Part shown: in pieces, positions 24,768 through 38,935 of the stretch
Numbering within the stretch: the first letter of the stretch is position 1
How the letters are laid out: the number at the start of each line of letters is the position of its first letter
Assembly (NCBI RefSeq): GCF_006345805.1
Contig: NC_042997.1
Span: 196,354,001-196,418,000, forward strand
DNA from: Octopus sinensis
Taxonomy: Eukaryota
DNA: 64,000 bases
Direction: 5' to 3'
Made by a program: the position numbers and the translations under genes
The notes under the pieces: generated by a model
What the model saw: only the letters and a program-made list of their open reading frames with translations
Databases searched by the model: none
What the model was told of the DNA's origin: nothing

Positions 24768-25282
24768 GCAGTACCAGGCAGTGGCTCTCATAGCTTCTGA
24801 TCTTAACTGATTGGAAGTGTTGTCATATACATTGTTTTGTCTTAGTATAAAAGACGGGCTACAGCAAATATTCTGCTCAATACCTCAGATTTGCTTGTCA
24901 GTTGTTTGACCATAACCAGTTGAGCATGTCCCTTACTGGCTGACGATATGTGCATCTCTGAGTGGGGGAGCATCATAACCATGTGTTGAGAGGAATTCTT
25001 TGAGGTTAAATAATTCACCTCTGGAAACATGAGTGTTTTGGTAAACATCCTTAACCCTTATTCAGGGACCTTTTGAGCGGGATAGGCTACTCGTCCAGAA
25101 GAAAATTCTAACTGGGCCCCACCTGCTAAGTCATGTGCTGTTTATCTTAATATGAGATTACCATATGGTTGTGATGCATGTGCCTAGTGTACCCTTATCA
25201 GACGGGTAATCATGATGGGTATACTGGGCTTCGTATATTTTACCCCAGTGTCACTTTGATGGCATGCACTACTCTCTCACTC
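24768..25282 (-). mobile_element. About 540-bp non-tRNA repeat associated with (AAT)n, diverged copy
   Basis: Homologous to 25316-25857 and 26353-26894; all three copies end at the same ctctctca(c/t)tc boundary next to AAT repeats. Confidence 0.75.
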
Positions 25283-25315
<33 letters not shown>

Positions 25316-25316
<1 letters not shown>

Positions 25317-27346
25317 CCCTGATGCAGTGCCAGGCAGTGGCTCTCGTGGCTTCTGAGCTTAACTGATTGGAAGTGTTATCATGTACATTGTTTTGTCTTG
25401 GTATAAAAGATGGGCTACAGCAAATATTCTGCTCAATACCACAGATTTGCTTGTCAGTTGTTTGACTATAACCAGTTGAGCATGTCCCTTAGTGGCTGAC
25501 GATATTTGCGTCTCTGGTCGCGAGCAGAAGTAGTGGGGAAGCTTCATAGCCATGTATTGAGAGCAATTCTCTGGGATTGGATAATTCACCTTTGGAAACG
25601 TTCAACATACTCAAACAACCCTTCTTCAGGGAATTTTTGAGTGGGATAGGCTACTCGACCTGAAGAAAATTCTAACTGGGCCCCACCTGCAAGGTCGTAC
25701 GCTGTTTATCTTGATATGAGATCACCATGTCGTGCACATATGGTTGTGATGCATATGGCTGACCTACTCTTATCATACGGGTAGTCATGATGGATATACT
25801 GGGCTTCGTATATTTCACCCCAGTGTCACTTCGGTGGCATGCACTGCTCTCTCATTCAGTAATAATAATGATAACGATTTCATATTTTGGCACCAGGCCT
25901 GAAGTTTTGAGCGGGTGGCATGTCGATTACATCAAACCCAGTGCTCAACTGGTAATTATTTTATCGACTCCCGAAAGGATGGAAGAAGTTGACCTCAGCG
26001 GAATTTGAACTCGGAACAAGACGGGCGAAATACCAACGACAACACCAGTAATAATGAGGATGATGAAGACGAATAACAACAACAACAATAATAATCCCTT
26101 CTACTATAGGCAGAAGGCCTGAAATTTGGGGGAGGGGGTAGTCGATTAGTACGCAACTGGTACTTAATTTATCGACCCGGAAACGATGAAAGGCAAAGTC
26201 GACCTCGGCGGAATTTGAACTCAGAATGTAGCGAAGGGAGTAATACCGCTAAGTATTTCATCTAGCGTGCTAACAATTCTGCCAGCTCGCCACCTTAATA
26301 ATAATAATAATGGTAATAATAATAATAATAATAATATAATAATAATAATAATGCCCTGATGCAGTGCCAGGCAGTGGCTCTCGTGGCTTCTGAGCTTAAC
26401 TGATTGGAAGTGTTATCATGTACATTGTTTTGTCTTGGTATAAAAGATGGGCTACAGCAAATATTCTGCTCAATACCACAGATTTGCTTGTCAGTTGTTT
26501 GACTATAACCAGTTGAGCATGTCCCTTAGTGGCTGACGATATTTGCGTCTCTGGTCGCGAGCAGAAGTAGTGGGGAAGCTTCATAGCCATGTATTGAGAG
26601 CAATTCTCTGGGATTGGATAATTCACCTTTGGAAACGTTCAACATACTCAAACAACCCTTCTTCAGGGAATTTTTGAGTGGGATAGGCTACTCGACCTGA
26701 AGAAAATTCTAACTGGGCCCCACCTGCAAGGTCGTACGCTGTTTATCTTGATATGAGATCACCATGTCGTGCACATATGGTTGTGATGCATATGGCTGAC
26801 CTACTCTTATCATACGGGTAGTCATGATGGATATACTGGGCTTCGTATATTTCACCCCAGTGTCACTTCGGTGGCATGCACTGCTCTCTCATTCAGTAAT
26901 AATAATGATAACGATTTCATATTTTGGCACCAGGCCTGAAGTTTTGAGCGGGTGGCATGTCGATTACATCAAACCCAGTGCTCAACTGGTAATTATTTTA
27001 TCGACTCCCGAAAGGATGGAAGAAGTTGACCTCAGCGGAATTTGAACTCGGAACAAGACGGGCGAAATACCAACGACAACACCAGTAATAATGAGGATGA
27101 TGAAGACGAATAACAACAACAACAATAATAATCCCTTCTACTATAGGCAGAAGGCCTGAAATTTGGGGGAGGGGGTAGTCGATTAGTACGCAACTGGTAC
27201 TTAATTTATCGACCCGGAAACGATGAAAGGCAAAGTCGACCTCGGCGGAATTTGAACTCAGAATGTAGCGAAGGGAGTAATACCGCTAAGTATTTCATCT
27301 AGCGTGCTAACAATTCTGCCAGCTCGCCACCTTAATAATAATAATA

Positions 27347-27381
<35 letters not shown>
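25316..27381. repeat. Exact tandem duplication, 1037-bp unit x2
   Basis: Identical ORF pairs offset by 1037 (25359/26396 and 25787/26824); junctions fall in (AAT)n arrays. Each unit holds the 540-bp repeat and two SINE-A copies. Confidence 0.95.
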
Positions 27382-27384
27382 CAT

Positions 27385-27598
27385 CCTTTTGACTGGAGGC
27401 ACAAGGCCTCACATTTGTGGGGCGGGGACTCGTCGATTATATCGATCCCAGTACTCAACTGGTACTTAATTTATCGACCCGGAAAGGATGAAAGGCAAAG
27501 TCGACTTCGGCGGAATTTGAACTCAGAATGTAGCGACGGGCGAAATACCGCTAAGCATTTCGTCCAGCGTGTTAACAACTCTGCCAACTCGCCGCCAT
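27385..27598 (-). mobile_element. SINE family A
   Basis: Complete reverse-complement head and core. Confidence 0.85.
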
Positions 27599-27911
27599 AA
27601 CAACAGCAATAATAATGCAATAATGAATGTTCTTGAACGTCAGGTGGATGCGAAAAAAAAATGAATAACTCTGTTGTATAACTTTCCCTGTTGTTCAACA
27701 AGACAGCAGGAAGATGGCTGAAGCTTATAGAATACTATCTGAGGTACTAAGAGTTGCTTCTCAGTAATATGAACATCTGGGAACAGACGACCCACGACAA
27801 GAACGAACTCTGGGCGTACTTTCAAAATGTTGTCAAGATCTTGATGGAGGACAATAGTGTAAGCAATTGCTGACTTAAGAAAATAGACGTAAAAAAAGAT
27901 CAGACATGGTA

Positions 27912-28477
27912 TTGGGTTGTCCGGAAAGTTCGTGCCGATTTGTAGTAGCTTACCTTTCGACTTATTTTAGAACATGGTTGTGTCCATAAAATAGGATTTG
28001 ACTACACCTCTATTTCGAGCACAGTTTAAGCTATCTTTTCATGGAAGAAGGTTTATGTTCCTATAACCTGTGTTAGTTTTGTTACCCTTTAAAATGGAAG
28101 ATAAGAAAGTTCATTTTCGGCACTTGATGCTTTGGGAACCAGACAAAAATTGCTGCAGTTCGACTGGGATGTGTTACCCCACCCTTCATATTCACCAGAT
28201 ATTGCTCCTTCGGATTTCCACTTATCCAGGCCTCTGCAGAATAGTCTTAATGGTAAGAATTTCAATTCCTTGGATGACGTAAAAAGATACATTGATGAAT
28301 TCTTCGCCATGAAACCACCTCAATTCTGGGAAGAAGGTATTTTCAAGTTAAAGGAAAGATGGAGATGCATTGTGCAACAAAATGGTTCATATTTGATTGA
28401 TTAAAAATGTAATGGCAAATATTTATTGACCTTTTTCTTTCCTTTAAAAATCGGCACGAACTTTCCGGACATCCCAC
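27912..28477 (+). mobile_element. Internally deleted mariner (mellifera-like)
   Basis: TIRs ttgggttgtccggaaagttcgtgccgattt / aaatcggcacgaactttccggacatccca; MEDKKVHFRHLMLWE fused to LGTRQKLLQFDWDVLPHPSYSPDIAPSDFHL...QNGSYLID*. Confidence 0.9.
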
Positions 28478-29401
28478 GCCACTTCTGATGCAATTACAAG
28501 TTGTAGTCGATACACGATGATGATGATGATAATGATAAAATGAAGTCGATGCTGATGATGATGACGAATTTGATAACGTAATACATAAAAAGGAAAAAAA
28601 AAATCACTATATTAAATATTTTTCCATCTATATGATTACATAGAGTTGAGAAATAAAAGCTAACTTTTTATTAATATGGCTTTGTACTCGCTTCATTTAA
28701 TTGTTTTGCAAAAGTATTTTTCCTTTTTTTATTGTTTTCATAATTTTTTGGTCTGAAGCAACGTTTTTCATACATTGCAATATCTGTTTTTAAAGAATTT
28801 TGCTTTTGATCAATTACTAAAATCGCTTCTGTTTTTAACCTGATTGCTTTATTTGATATAGGTAACAATTTTATAGTGAAAGTTCTATGGCTTTTCATAT
28901 AAGGACATAAGCAAACAAAGAAACAAAACAAAACGAGACAAAACAAAGAGAAAAACGAAATCAAAACATAGTAACAACAAAACATTTATGATAATTTTTG
29001 TATCTTTGTTCATACGAAAAAATCATACGAATAAAATTATATGAACAGATATACACACGTTGACAATCACACACACTTACACACACACACGCATCTAGAT
29101 GGATATGCATTCTCCATGCATAGTAGCACAAACACACGCATATACATATGTATATATACACACATACGTATACATGAAGACGAACACATAAGGATATATA
29201 TGTGATGTTTATGTTCTATTTAGACTCGTTAATATCCACGTCATTGCCCCACCAACTATGAACATAATATTAATAATAATAATAATAATCATAATGGTTT
29301 GAAATTTTGCCACAAGGGCCGAAATTTTGTGGAAGGAGATGAGTCGACTACATCGACCCCAGTGTTCAATTGGTACTTATTTTATCGACCCCGAAAAGAT
29401 G

Positions 29402-29434
<33 letters not shown>

Positions 29435-29648
29435 ATATATATTATATATATATATGCAATAAAGGGTGGAATATAATTAATTTAATAAAATTAATCAATT
29501 TCACCTAGTAGATTTGTCGGTATGGAAAAGACCATATTTGGTAAGGGTTATAATAATTATAATTAAGGTTAAATAATTATAATTAAGGGTTGTTGCATTT
29601 AACTTTGAGCAACTTGTTGCATTTAACCCTTAATTATATATATATATA

Positions 29649-29702
<54 letters not shown>

Positions 29703-29958
29703 TATATTATACACACACACACACACACGTACATATATACATGTACAAGGCAGTGCTCCAGCATGGTCGCAGTCAAATGACTGAAAAAGCGAAAAGAAAG
29801 AAATGTATATATACATATGTACGTATATACGTATATGTATGTGCATATATATATATATAAACTTGATATAAACTTAGATATGTTTCGACCAAAGATTGGT
29901 CCAGGCCATGTCTAACTTAATAGCACCACCTGATAGGATTATTTGAATCCTGTTTAAG

Positions 29959-30378
29959 TCAAGTTTTGTTTATGGTCCATTCAAGTAGTGAGTTTTTGTT
30001 GGGTGAGTTGTATCCAATTATGGGTGGCTTATCTGGTATTCTTTGAAGGAATCTATCCAGACTCCGTTTAAAGTTGATGGGATTCTTTTCCTCTTTGATC
30101 TCCCTCGGGACAAATATGGCAGGGCCTGTTGAATAAAAGAAATTATGTTGCAGTGTACATGTATGCTGTGATCTTGAATTGGGCAGGGGACGTATGGCCC
30201 GTGGTCCCAGTCTTGGATGAACCTTGAAGCTAATGTTCAGGTCGTTTGGGCAAAGTTGGCGGTATATTCTCCACATCGTACAAATGATGTACCGATCACG
30301 GCGACGCTGGAGAGAGTAGAGTTTCAAGGCTTTAAAGCGATCCCAATAATCGAGAGCAGCCATGCCTTCAATTCGTTT
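29959..30378 (-). pseudogene. CR1/L2-group LINE ORF2 C-terminal fragment
   Basis: DYWDRFKALKLYSLQRRRDRY...FKRSLDRFLQRIPDKP...NKNSLLEW. Confidence 0.85.
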
Positions 30379-30389
30379 AGTGATATATA

Positions 30390-30439
<50 letters not shown>

Positions 30440-30834
30440 TATAATATATATATAAATGTAAGAGTCACAGAAAGTTCGTATATTAAAATTTATGATGATA
30501 TTAGGATCATACTACATCATTACAAACTAAATAAGTACCGGTTTCACGATCAATGATTGTCAACGTATATAGAGAGAACCTTTTTATTGTCAGTAGGACG
30601 CCATTTGTGAAAAAAAGGAAACAGAGATGAAACAATATGTCAAGGGGAGCAACTCTTATTTTTCACGAAGCTCTTCAGTGTTTTTGTCAAGAATGCTGTT
30701 ATAGGAGTTTTATAGTCAATTTACATTACCGCACTAGGATTTAAAGATTAAGCAGTAATGTGTGAATGAGTGTATATGCATATATTTTTTGCTCTAACAT
30801 CTCATTTATCTCTTGTAAAATATATATGTACACA

Positions 30835-31025
<191 letters not shown>

Positions 31026-31269
31026 TATACACACACACAAGTATGAATAGTTATTCATACCTAAAAATTGTGGTTGGCATACATATATAACTTTTTCGTA
31101 TATGTTGAAATTTCATACTTGAATAAAATCAGTCCGATAGAAAATGAAAAAGAACGATAAAACTACCAACGTATGAATACTTTCTCCACAAGAGTCATGT
31201 CGGACCCCTTATGACTCAGGTCTGAATATGAAAGGGTGTCAAGAAGTCAAGTAATTAAGTGACAATTAC

Positions 31270-32356
31270 TAATTCAATTAAAATGAATTGGTGTTTAGTT
31301 CAGGTTTGTACTTTTGGATGAAATATGTATCTTTATTGAGTCGGGCTTATGTAGAAGTCCAGTCAGCAAATTTATACCGAGGGAAAATAGTGAATTTAGG
31401 TTGTATTTGTTTCGTACATAAGTCGATAAGTTCACAGAGATAAATTTGGCGGTATTGTGGTGAGGCTATCTGTTGACGATGCACCGTACAACGTTGATAG
31501 ATAGAATTCCCCGTGCTACCGATATAGCATATGATTACGTAGATTAGATTTTCGGATGCACAAGTGAAATTTGATTTAACTGTAAAGTGTTGCCCTTGTT
31601 TAAAATAGCATTCTGATCCTTCCAAAAGGTTGGGGCATGTACCACAGTTGGGGTGATTATATTTTTATACTTTGGGGTTGGTTGTGGAGGGGAATAATTT
31701 TGCATTAGTTAGCAGTTTTTTTAATGACTTAGATTGTTTGTTGCTTTTGACAATTTTAATGCCACGTAAAATTCTTTTTAGTTATGGGTCCTTGTGTAGT
31801 ATTGGTAGGTTTTGTATGATTGTGCTGAATGCTTCTTTGTTTCTGGGGTTGTAGGTGGAAATGTAGGGCAGTGTTTTAAGGAGAGGTTTGTTAATGTCTT
31901 TGGTTTTTCTTAGTTTCTCAGTGTTGATAGATTTGGCACATTTAAATCCTTCATTAATGAGTTGGATTGGGTAGTGGCTATCCAGGGGGACATTTTTCAG
32001 TTCTTGTATGTCTTAAATCTCTAGTTAAATCTCTGGGACAATACTGCAGATTCTTCTTGCAAGGTTGAAGGGGATTTTTGTTTTCGTGTGTCTAGGAAGG
32101 CAAGAGCTAAAAAGAAGTTATTGATTTGCATCTGTTGTTTTATAAAATATGTCTGTTTCGATTATGTTCTTGTTCGCTTTTTAATTAGAATGTATAGGAA
32201 TGGAAGTGCCGCATTGTGAATTGAATGCTTGTTTAGATGCTGTTCAGAAGCGTTTTAAATTCTAGGAGTTTGCTTAAGTTGCTATTCCAAAGAATGAAAC
32301 AATTCTCTTCAAAGTATTGGGCGAGAAGGTCTCCAAATTTTCACAGTGAATTCTGA

Positions 32357-32390
<34 letters not shown>
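31270..32390 (-). pseudogene. Penelope-like element ORF relic (RT C-terminus plus GIY-YIG endonuclease)
   Basis: LPYISTYNPRNKEAF...FTVKSNFTCASENLIYVIIC..YIGSTG...QRCTVHRQQI, with stops and frameshifts. Confidence 0.8.
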
Positions 32391-32392
<2 letters not shown>

Positions 32393-32727
32393 TGATTTTT
32401 GATTTTGATTTTTCCAGTTTCAGCTTATGAGCTGTGGCCATGCTGGGGCACCGCCATATATATATATATATATATATATATTTTTTTTCTGATACATATA
32501 TATATATACATATGGATATGTGTGTATATATATGCATATTTACATGTGCATGGATATGTGTGTATATATATGCATATTTACATGTGCATATATATGTGTA
32601 TATATATGCATATATATGTGTGTATATACATGCATATATATGTATATATATGCGTATATATGCATATATGTGTGTATTTATATGCATATATATATATATA
32701 TACACACATATATATGCATATATACGC

Positions 32728-32771
<44 letters not shown>

Positions 32772-32976
32772 TGTATATACACACATATATATTATTCCAA
32801 ACTTACAGGGAAAAATTCAATTTAGAAATACTAAATCAAATTTCACAAAATATTATATATATATATATATAATATATATATATATAATATATATATAAAT
32901 TAGAAAAAAACACACCTTTTATCAATTCAATAATGAAAAATTAAATTATACCATTTAGAAAAAATACATATTATAG

Positions 32977-33909
32977 AAAGATTAAATATAAGATAAAACA
33001 TATAACAATGATTAAGTAATGTGCAAAATAAAACGTTTTTTATTTAAAAATATTATTTTACTTTTAAATTGTATTAAGTTTTATTATTATTGTTATTATT
33101 GTTGTTAAAATATTAATTTTACATATAATTTCTTCATAATTATTAGTTATGATATGTATATCTATTTATTGTGCTTTATTATTATTATTTATATAATGTG
33201 ATTTAACGTATTACATATAATTTAATTCGAGAATTAATCTTGTAAGATAATACATTATTTAACAATTATGTGGTATATTTATTACGTAGTATTACATTTA
33301 AGTAAATTAATTTTATATTAATTGATATTTTGGTCAAGTATATTATTGAATAAAATATTGAATCTATTGATACTACATATGTATTAATAATATAGCTAAT
33401 TTATCTAATATGTGCGTATATATTTGAACCATTTCCTATTTTTAATTCAAATATATATAGCTTGTACTAACACTATGTATATTACTTAACATTAAGGTTT
33501 TTAATATAAATTACTTAATGAGGATAAGACTTTATTTAGATGTTTATGAAACAAATAAATAAATAAATTTAATTTAATGTATATAGTTTAAATTATAGTA
33601 TTTTGTATCTTATATATATATTTGTTTTAAATATTTTAATTAATTGTATCTTATTTTTAAACAAGAATATATTTAAGATATTTCGTATTTTACAAGATTA
33701 TTTACTTATATTTATTAATTGAGCTAATTAATTATTTTATTATTGTTGTTATCTTTAACCTGAAGAGTGGCTATATTTATATTGAAGTGTTTTTACTACT
33801 ACTACTACTATTATTTTTACTATTATCATTTCTTAAATTTAGCCACGAAATACGTGTCGTTATTCTACCAAATATATACGTTATATGTTTTATCTTATAT
33901 TTAATCTTT
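32977..33909. mobile_element. Unclassified 933-bp AT-rich element with perfect 30-bp terminal inverted repeats
   Basis: aaagattaaatataagataaaacatataac (32977-33006) is the exact reverse complement of 33880-33909; the non-coding interior is about 85% AT. Confidence 0.7.
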
Positions 33910-33914
33910 TTTAT

Positions 33915-34510
33915 AACCCAGGCTTCTTTGTCTGCTTTCTCCCTCTCATAGGATTGTTGCAACCTTTATTCGATCTCCATCAGTGTTGTTTTTAGGCGGG
34001 ACGTTTCGCTACTTTTGGGATGTTGTTTGAGTCGATCTGCAACCTTCGTCCGTCGTCTCATGAGGATCTTCCTCTCTCTTGGAATGTTGCTCCTATTTGT
34101 TTTGGCCTTGTGTTCTGGGACATATTTCTGGCATATGGCTTGCACAGAAGACATGAAACATTCTAGTTTCATGTCAATGTCTGGTGTGGAGAGACATTTC
34201 GGCCAGTCCTCTTTGAGGATCTCTTTTTGGATCGATTTCCAATCTGCTTTGTGGAAGTTCAGATTGGAGAGATTTCGGGGGCTTCCTTTAGGCTGTATGT
34301 CTCTGGTTAATTTTAGCCCAAACATAGACAGCTCTATTATGTTGTGATCCGAGACTAATGTCGGTGTCACTTTCACATATTGAATGATATCCATATTGTT
34401 CGTGAAGCAGAGATCCAGAATGTTATTCGCCCTGGTTGGTCTGAGTACAGCTTGCTCCATGAATTGGGCATATTCCAGAAACAGCTGTAAGACTACCTTT
34501 CTCTTTATAA
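33915..34510 (-). pseudogene. CR1/L2-group LINE ORF2 fragment (end of APE endonuclease plus linker)
   Basis: PTRANNILDLCFTNN...SDHNII...NFHKADW...EKADKEAWVI. Confidence 0.85.
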
Positions 34511-34578
34511 ATGTCCTAAAGTTTACACACAGCCTTGGTGGTGTTGTCTCATTTCCTTTAACACACACACACACGCGC

Positions 34579-34626
<48 letters not shown>

Positions 34627-37600
34627 CACCTATCAATTCATTGCTTACGGGGACCGAAACTGAAACACATGAGCGCTTTTTAATAACACACCCATGCTTG
34701 CAACAATGCTATATCTTACTTTGTTACATATTAGTAGTACAAATCGTTTTGTACAGAAGTTCAAGGGATTGACAATTTACCAATGATTTAAGAGAAAATC
34801 CGTGGAACCTAAAGTTTGAAGAATAAAGAGAACAGATTTATATTTGATTTGAGAGAGAGAAAGAGGTGGAATGGTAATTGTTTGTAACGTAATAGGTAGT
34901 GTGACCACCAGTCTTACCGCGTATAGAAGATTTAAGCTGTGATAATGGATTTAATTTTCCTTTCCTATATCAAAGTAAACGTAAAATATAGTATTTGGTA
35001 ATCTATATCAAATTTATGATTATCTATATTGATAATACAGATGTTATCTATACGTCTGTATACATTTGTGTATACATACACACAATCATATATTTATGTA
35101 TATGTATGTATATATATATATATTTATATATATTATATATATGCATATATATCTAAATGCATATATATATACATACACACACAGACATATATATATAAAC
35201 ATATAAGTATACATATACATACATATATATTTACAAAAACCAATAGAAATCTCTTCCTCCCTCTTTCTATATATATATATATATATGAATATACATGTAC
35301 ATATTTATATATAAACTCATATATGCTCACACAAGTATATATATGTATACGGACATATATATATATACATTTATAAATACAGATATATTTATATATTCAT
35401 ATATATATGTATATCTATATAGGTATTTATGCATACACGTGTGTATAAGCTGGTATAGATCCCGACTCACGCGCACACAGGTACTTAAGATATACCCCCA
35501 CACACGAATTTATGTATGGTGATATTTGTTCCTTATTCAGTTAATGTCATGGAAAGCTGGGGGTAAGTGCAGCAGGAAACGGAAGTCCATGAAGCAAAAA
35601 CTATATATACATATATAGAATATTTATATATATATATATGATATATTATATATATATATATGATATATATTATTATATATATATAATATATTATATATAT
35701 ATATAATAGATATATTATACATTATATATATGATATATTATACATATATATATATGATATATTATACATATATATATGATATATTATACATATATATATA
35801 TATGATATATTATACATATATATATATATGATATATATTATAATATATATATATATGATATATATTATACATATATATATATATATATATGATATATTAT
35901 ACATATATATATATATTATATATATAATATATGATATATTATACATATATATATTATATTATATATATATATATGATATATTATATATATATGTAAAATA
36001 TATGTAATATTTCATAGATATGTATATATATAATGTATGTAATAATATAATAATAATTTAATAAGATCAGATAAAATTCATTTTGATTTTTAATTATCTA
36101 TAAACAGTAACTGAATTAAATGAAAAATAGTTCAAACAAATCGATAAAACATCAGTAAAAACATGATTCGAAAATTAACAACAGTTCGACGTTACATACA
36201 AACAGAACCTTTTGTTTTTGTTTAACATGCCGAATTTCTATTATAGATTTTCATATTTTACATAACCAACGTTTAAGGCGTATAAAACAGCAACCAGTTA
36301 ATTATATTTAGTAGTTAATAGCTTAGAAATATTTATAGTGCAGAAGTTGTAAGCCAACATACAAGATTTTTTTTTTTGCTTCATCTTGCTATACATAAAG
36401 CAATTTGGTTGCTTCAAATATTCATTCGAAAAGTTACGTTGTATATTAGTTTTTCTTTTAGATTTTTGAGTTTTCCGCGTATAGGAAAAATGTATATATT
36501 TTCACGAACATTAAATAAATTACTTGATTTTTTTTTCGTTTACCATTTAAATTGGTGGTTTATTTTGAAGAAATCATATGGAAAATATATTTAGAGTTTA
36601 ATTTATATTTCCAAAATATCTTCTGAAAACAACCCGAAAAGTTCAAGTGAAATTTTACTGATACGGATGCTGAAAATATAGTAAAACATGAATGAAAGAA
36701 TAAATCAAGGAACATTGTAATTATTACGAGGTAACACATCTCTTGTCCTATATTTTCAATCTCACAACGACTGCTTTCTTTAACAATCAACTTCTTTGAT
36801 TGTCATTCGAAAATAGTTACTTTGAAAACATTATAGATAACACAGAATGTAAAAAAATATATGGTAGATAAAACAACATTAACACCAAATAATAATAATA
36901 GTAGAAATATTTATATTAGTAATAATAACAATAATTATAACAATAATATTGATAATAATTTTTTTCATATAATAATTGCAATCTCAGGAAATGAGATCTT
37001 CATGCCTTTCCGAATGCGTTAGCGACTTAAGTGAAGATTACAACTGAAAAAGAAAAATGAAGTCGCGGCATTTGTCTTTTCTTAAAACTTAACTAACTAG
37101 AGCTTACGCCACGTACTAATAATAATAACAACAACAATAACACTGACAATAACAATAATAATAATATTTATAACAACAATAACTAATAAGAACCACAAGC
37201 CAAAGTAATGGTAAGGTTAATATCAATATTAATAACACTTGGCAACAAATATGTTAAAAATAAGTAGGTAAATATCTCCCTAAATATATTTCAAGGATGT
37301 TGTTTCCAAATCTATCAATTGATTTTCTCAATCATGTCAGGGTTTTGTGATAAATGAATTGATAATAATAATAATAATATACATTAAATATTTTTCTCAC
37401 TGGGAAATTAAATCAGGAATATTATAATGGAATTTTTCGTTAAGCAAGTTCAGAAATGAATGAAAAGAAATGGCTGATTTACTGAACGGAAATATTTTAG
37501 ATTCTCCTGAAAGGGAAGAAAACGAATGAAAACCAACGTAACCGGAAGTTAAGCTTCAAATAGTTACTTAACATTTAAATGGCCTATAAAGGGATCTTTT

Positions 37601-38873
37601 TCAAACTGTCATATCCATAACTGAATTTCTCAAACCTTTTTCCAAAATGTTATTCTAGTAACTAAAGAATATTGAACTAATATTTTTGATACACCGGAGT
37701 TGCTTTTTCGAAGGATTCGCTGCTCTTTTATTATTCTATATAAATCTGGCATGTTTAATTTGACTACACATAAGTTATACATCTTTACATATACTATTAA
37801 CATTCTATAATATTTCTATATGTTATTAAGACTATAGCATTTCAAATTATTGTTATAACATTTCTGATACTTCAAATCTTTAAATAGTTTAAATACTTTT
37901 ATAACTAAATCTTAAAATATGCACAATTCAAACTGTTTAAAACAAAGAAACAACTATCAGCCACCAAGTGATTATTGTTTTAACTAGAAAGGATTTGCTT
38001 TTGCTAACTTTTTTTGTTGATTTTGTGTGTAATTAGTTGCCTAACAAATTATAGTTAAACGAAAATGGCTACTTCACAATACTGACCTTTATTGCCATTA
38101 AAAAAAAAAATCTCATTTAAAAAAATTCGAGAAACATTCTTGATAGATACATTTTATATTGTGAAAGAAGGTCTTAATTTTAAAGATGGCTAAGTAAATT
38201 ATGTATTTAATATTTCCTATCCGAAGCTCATATATCAATCCAATAATGAATTCTAAAATGTTGATTAGAAAACTAAGAAAGAATATTTTTGTGACAAAAC
38301 TTCAATAATGAACATTTAATGACATTTAAAAACTCTTATCGACATCTCGATATGCATATATATATATATACATATATAGATAGCAGATAGAAATAATTTA
38401 GGGCGATAGCATCCAATACAATGTGGATTTTTATCTAATGTTGAGAAGAACCATTAAAAAACACACGAAAGGCGGTTAAATATTATTTTTCGAGTATGTT
38501 AACAATTGTTATGGTAATAGACATGCTTTTGAAAATCGAAACAATACATTGAGAGCATTAGGTTTTCACATAAAAAGTCTGTCTGAGTTTTGATTATTAA
38601 CTAATCACTTGATAAACCTGCGTCGTTTGTTTAACCTTGACATGCTAAATTTGGAATCATAATCCTAAATTATTTTTTCCTGGAAACATTTTTATGTCCA
38701 GAAATCAGAAAGAAGGTTCGTTTTGTTCATCAGTATAATAAATGTTGATTTGTTGAACAGGAATATTATCAAAAGCATTGGTAAGAATTTCGCTTTATTC
38801 GCGCGATCCAAGGAATAACCAGGCTCATCAAGTGTCCGATATATTTAACCTTTAAACCCGAATTGGTTATTTT

Positions 38874-38935
38874 TTAGATCCTTCCTTGCACAGACTTTAG
38901 TTTGGAAACTTTTTCTTTGATGCTGTCTACACTTG
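38874..38935 (-). CDS. Candidate terminal coding exon
   Basis: Long pyrimidine tract ctcttttcaatttctactactttcctacag, then (A)SVDSIKEKVSKLKSVQGRI*. Confidence 0.4.

Noticed and set aside
27690-27870. MAEAYRILSE looks like DnaJ helix III with a splice donor
   Set aside because: No HPD motif or other J-domain exon nearby; another frame (NIWEQTTHDKNELW) fits a decayed RTE C-terminal region better.
32977-33909. Mitochondrial insertion (NUMT) as the explanation for the AT-rich block
   Set aside because: No recognisable mitochondrial gene, tRNA or rRNA motif, and it would not explain the perfect terminal inverted repeats; a BLAST check is still needed.
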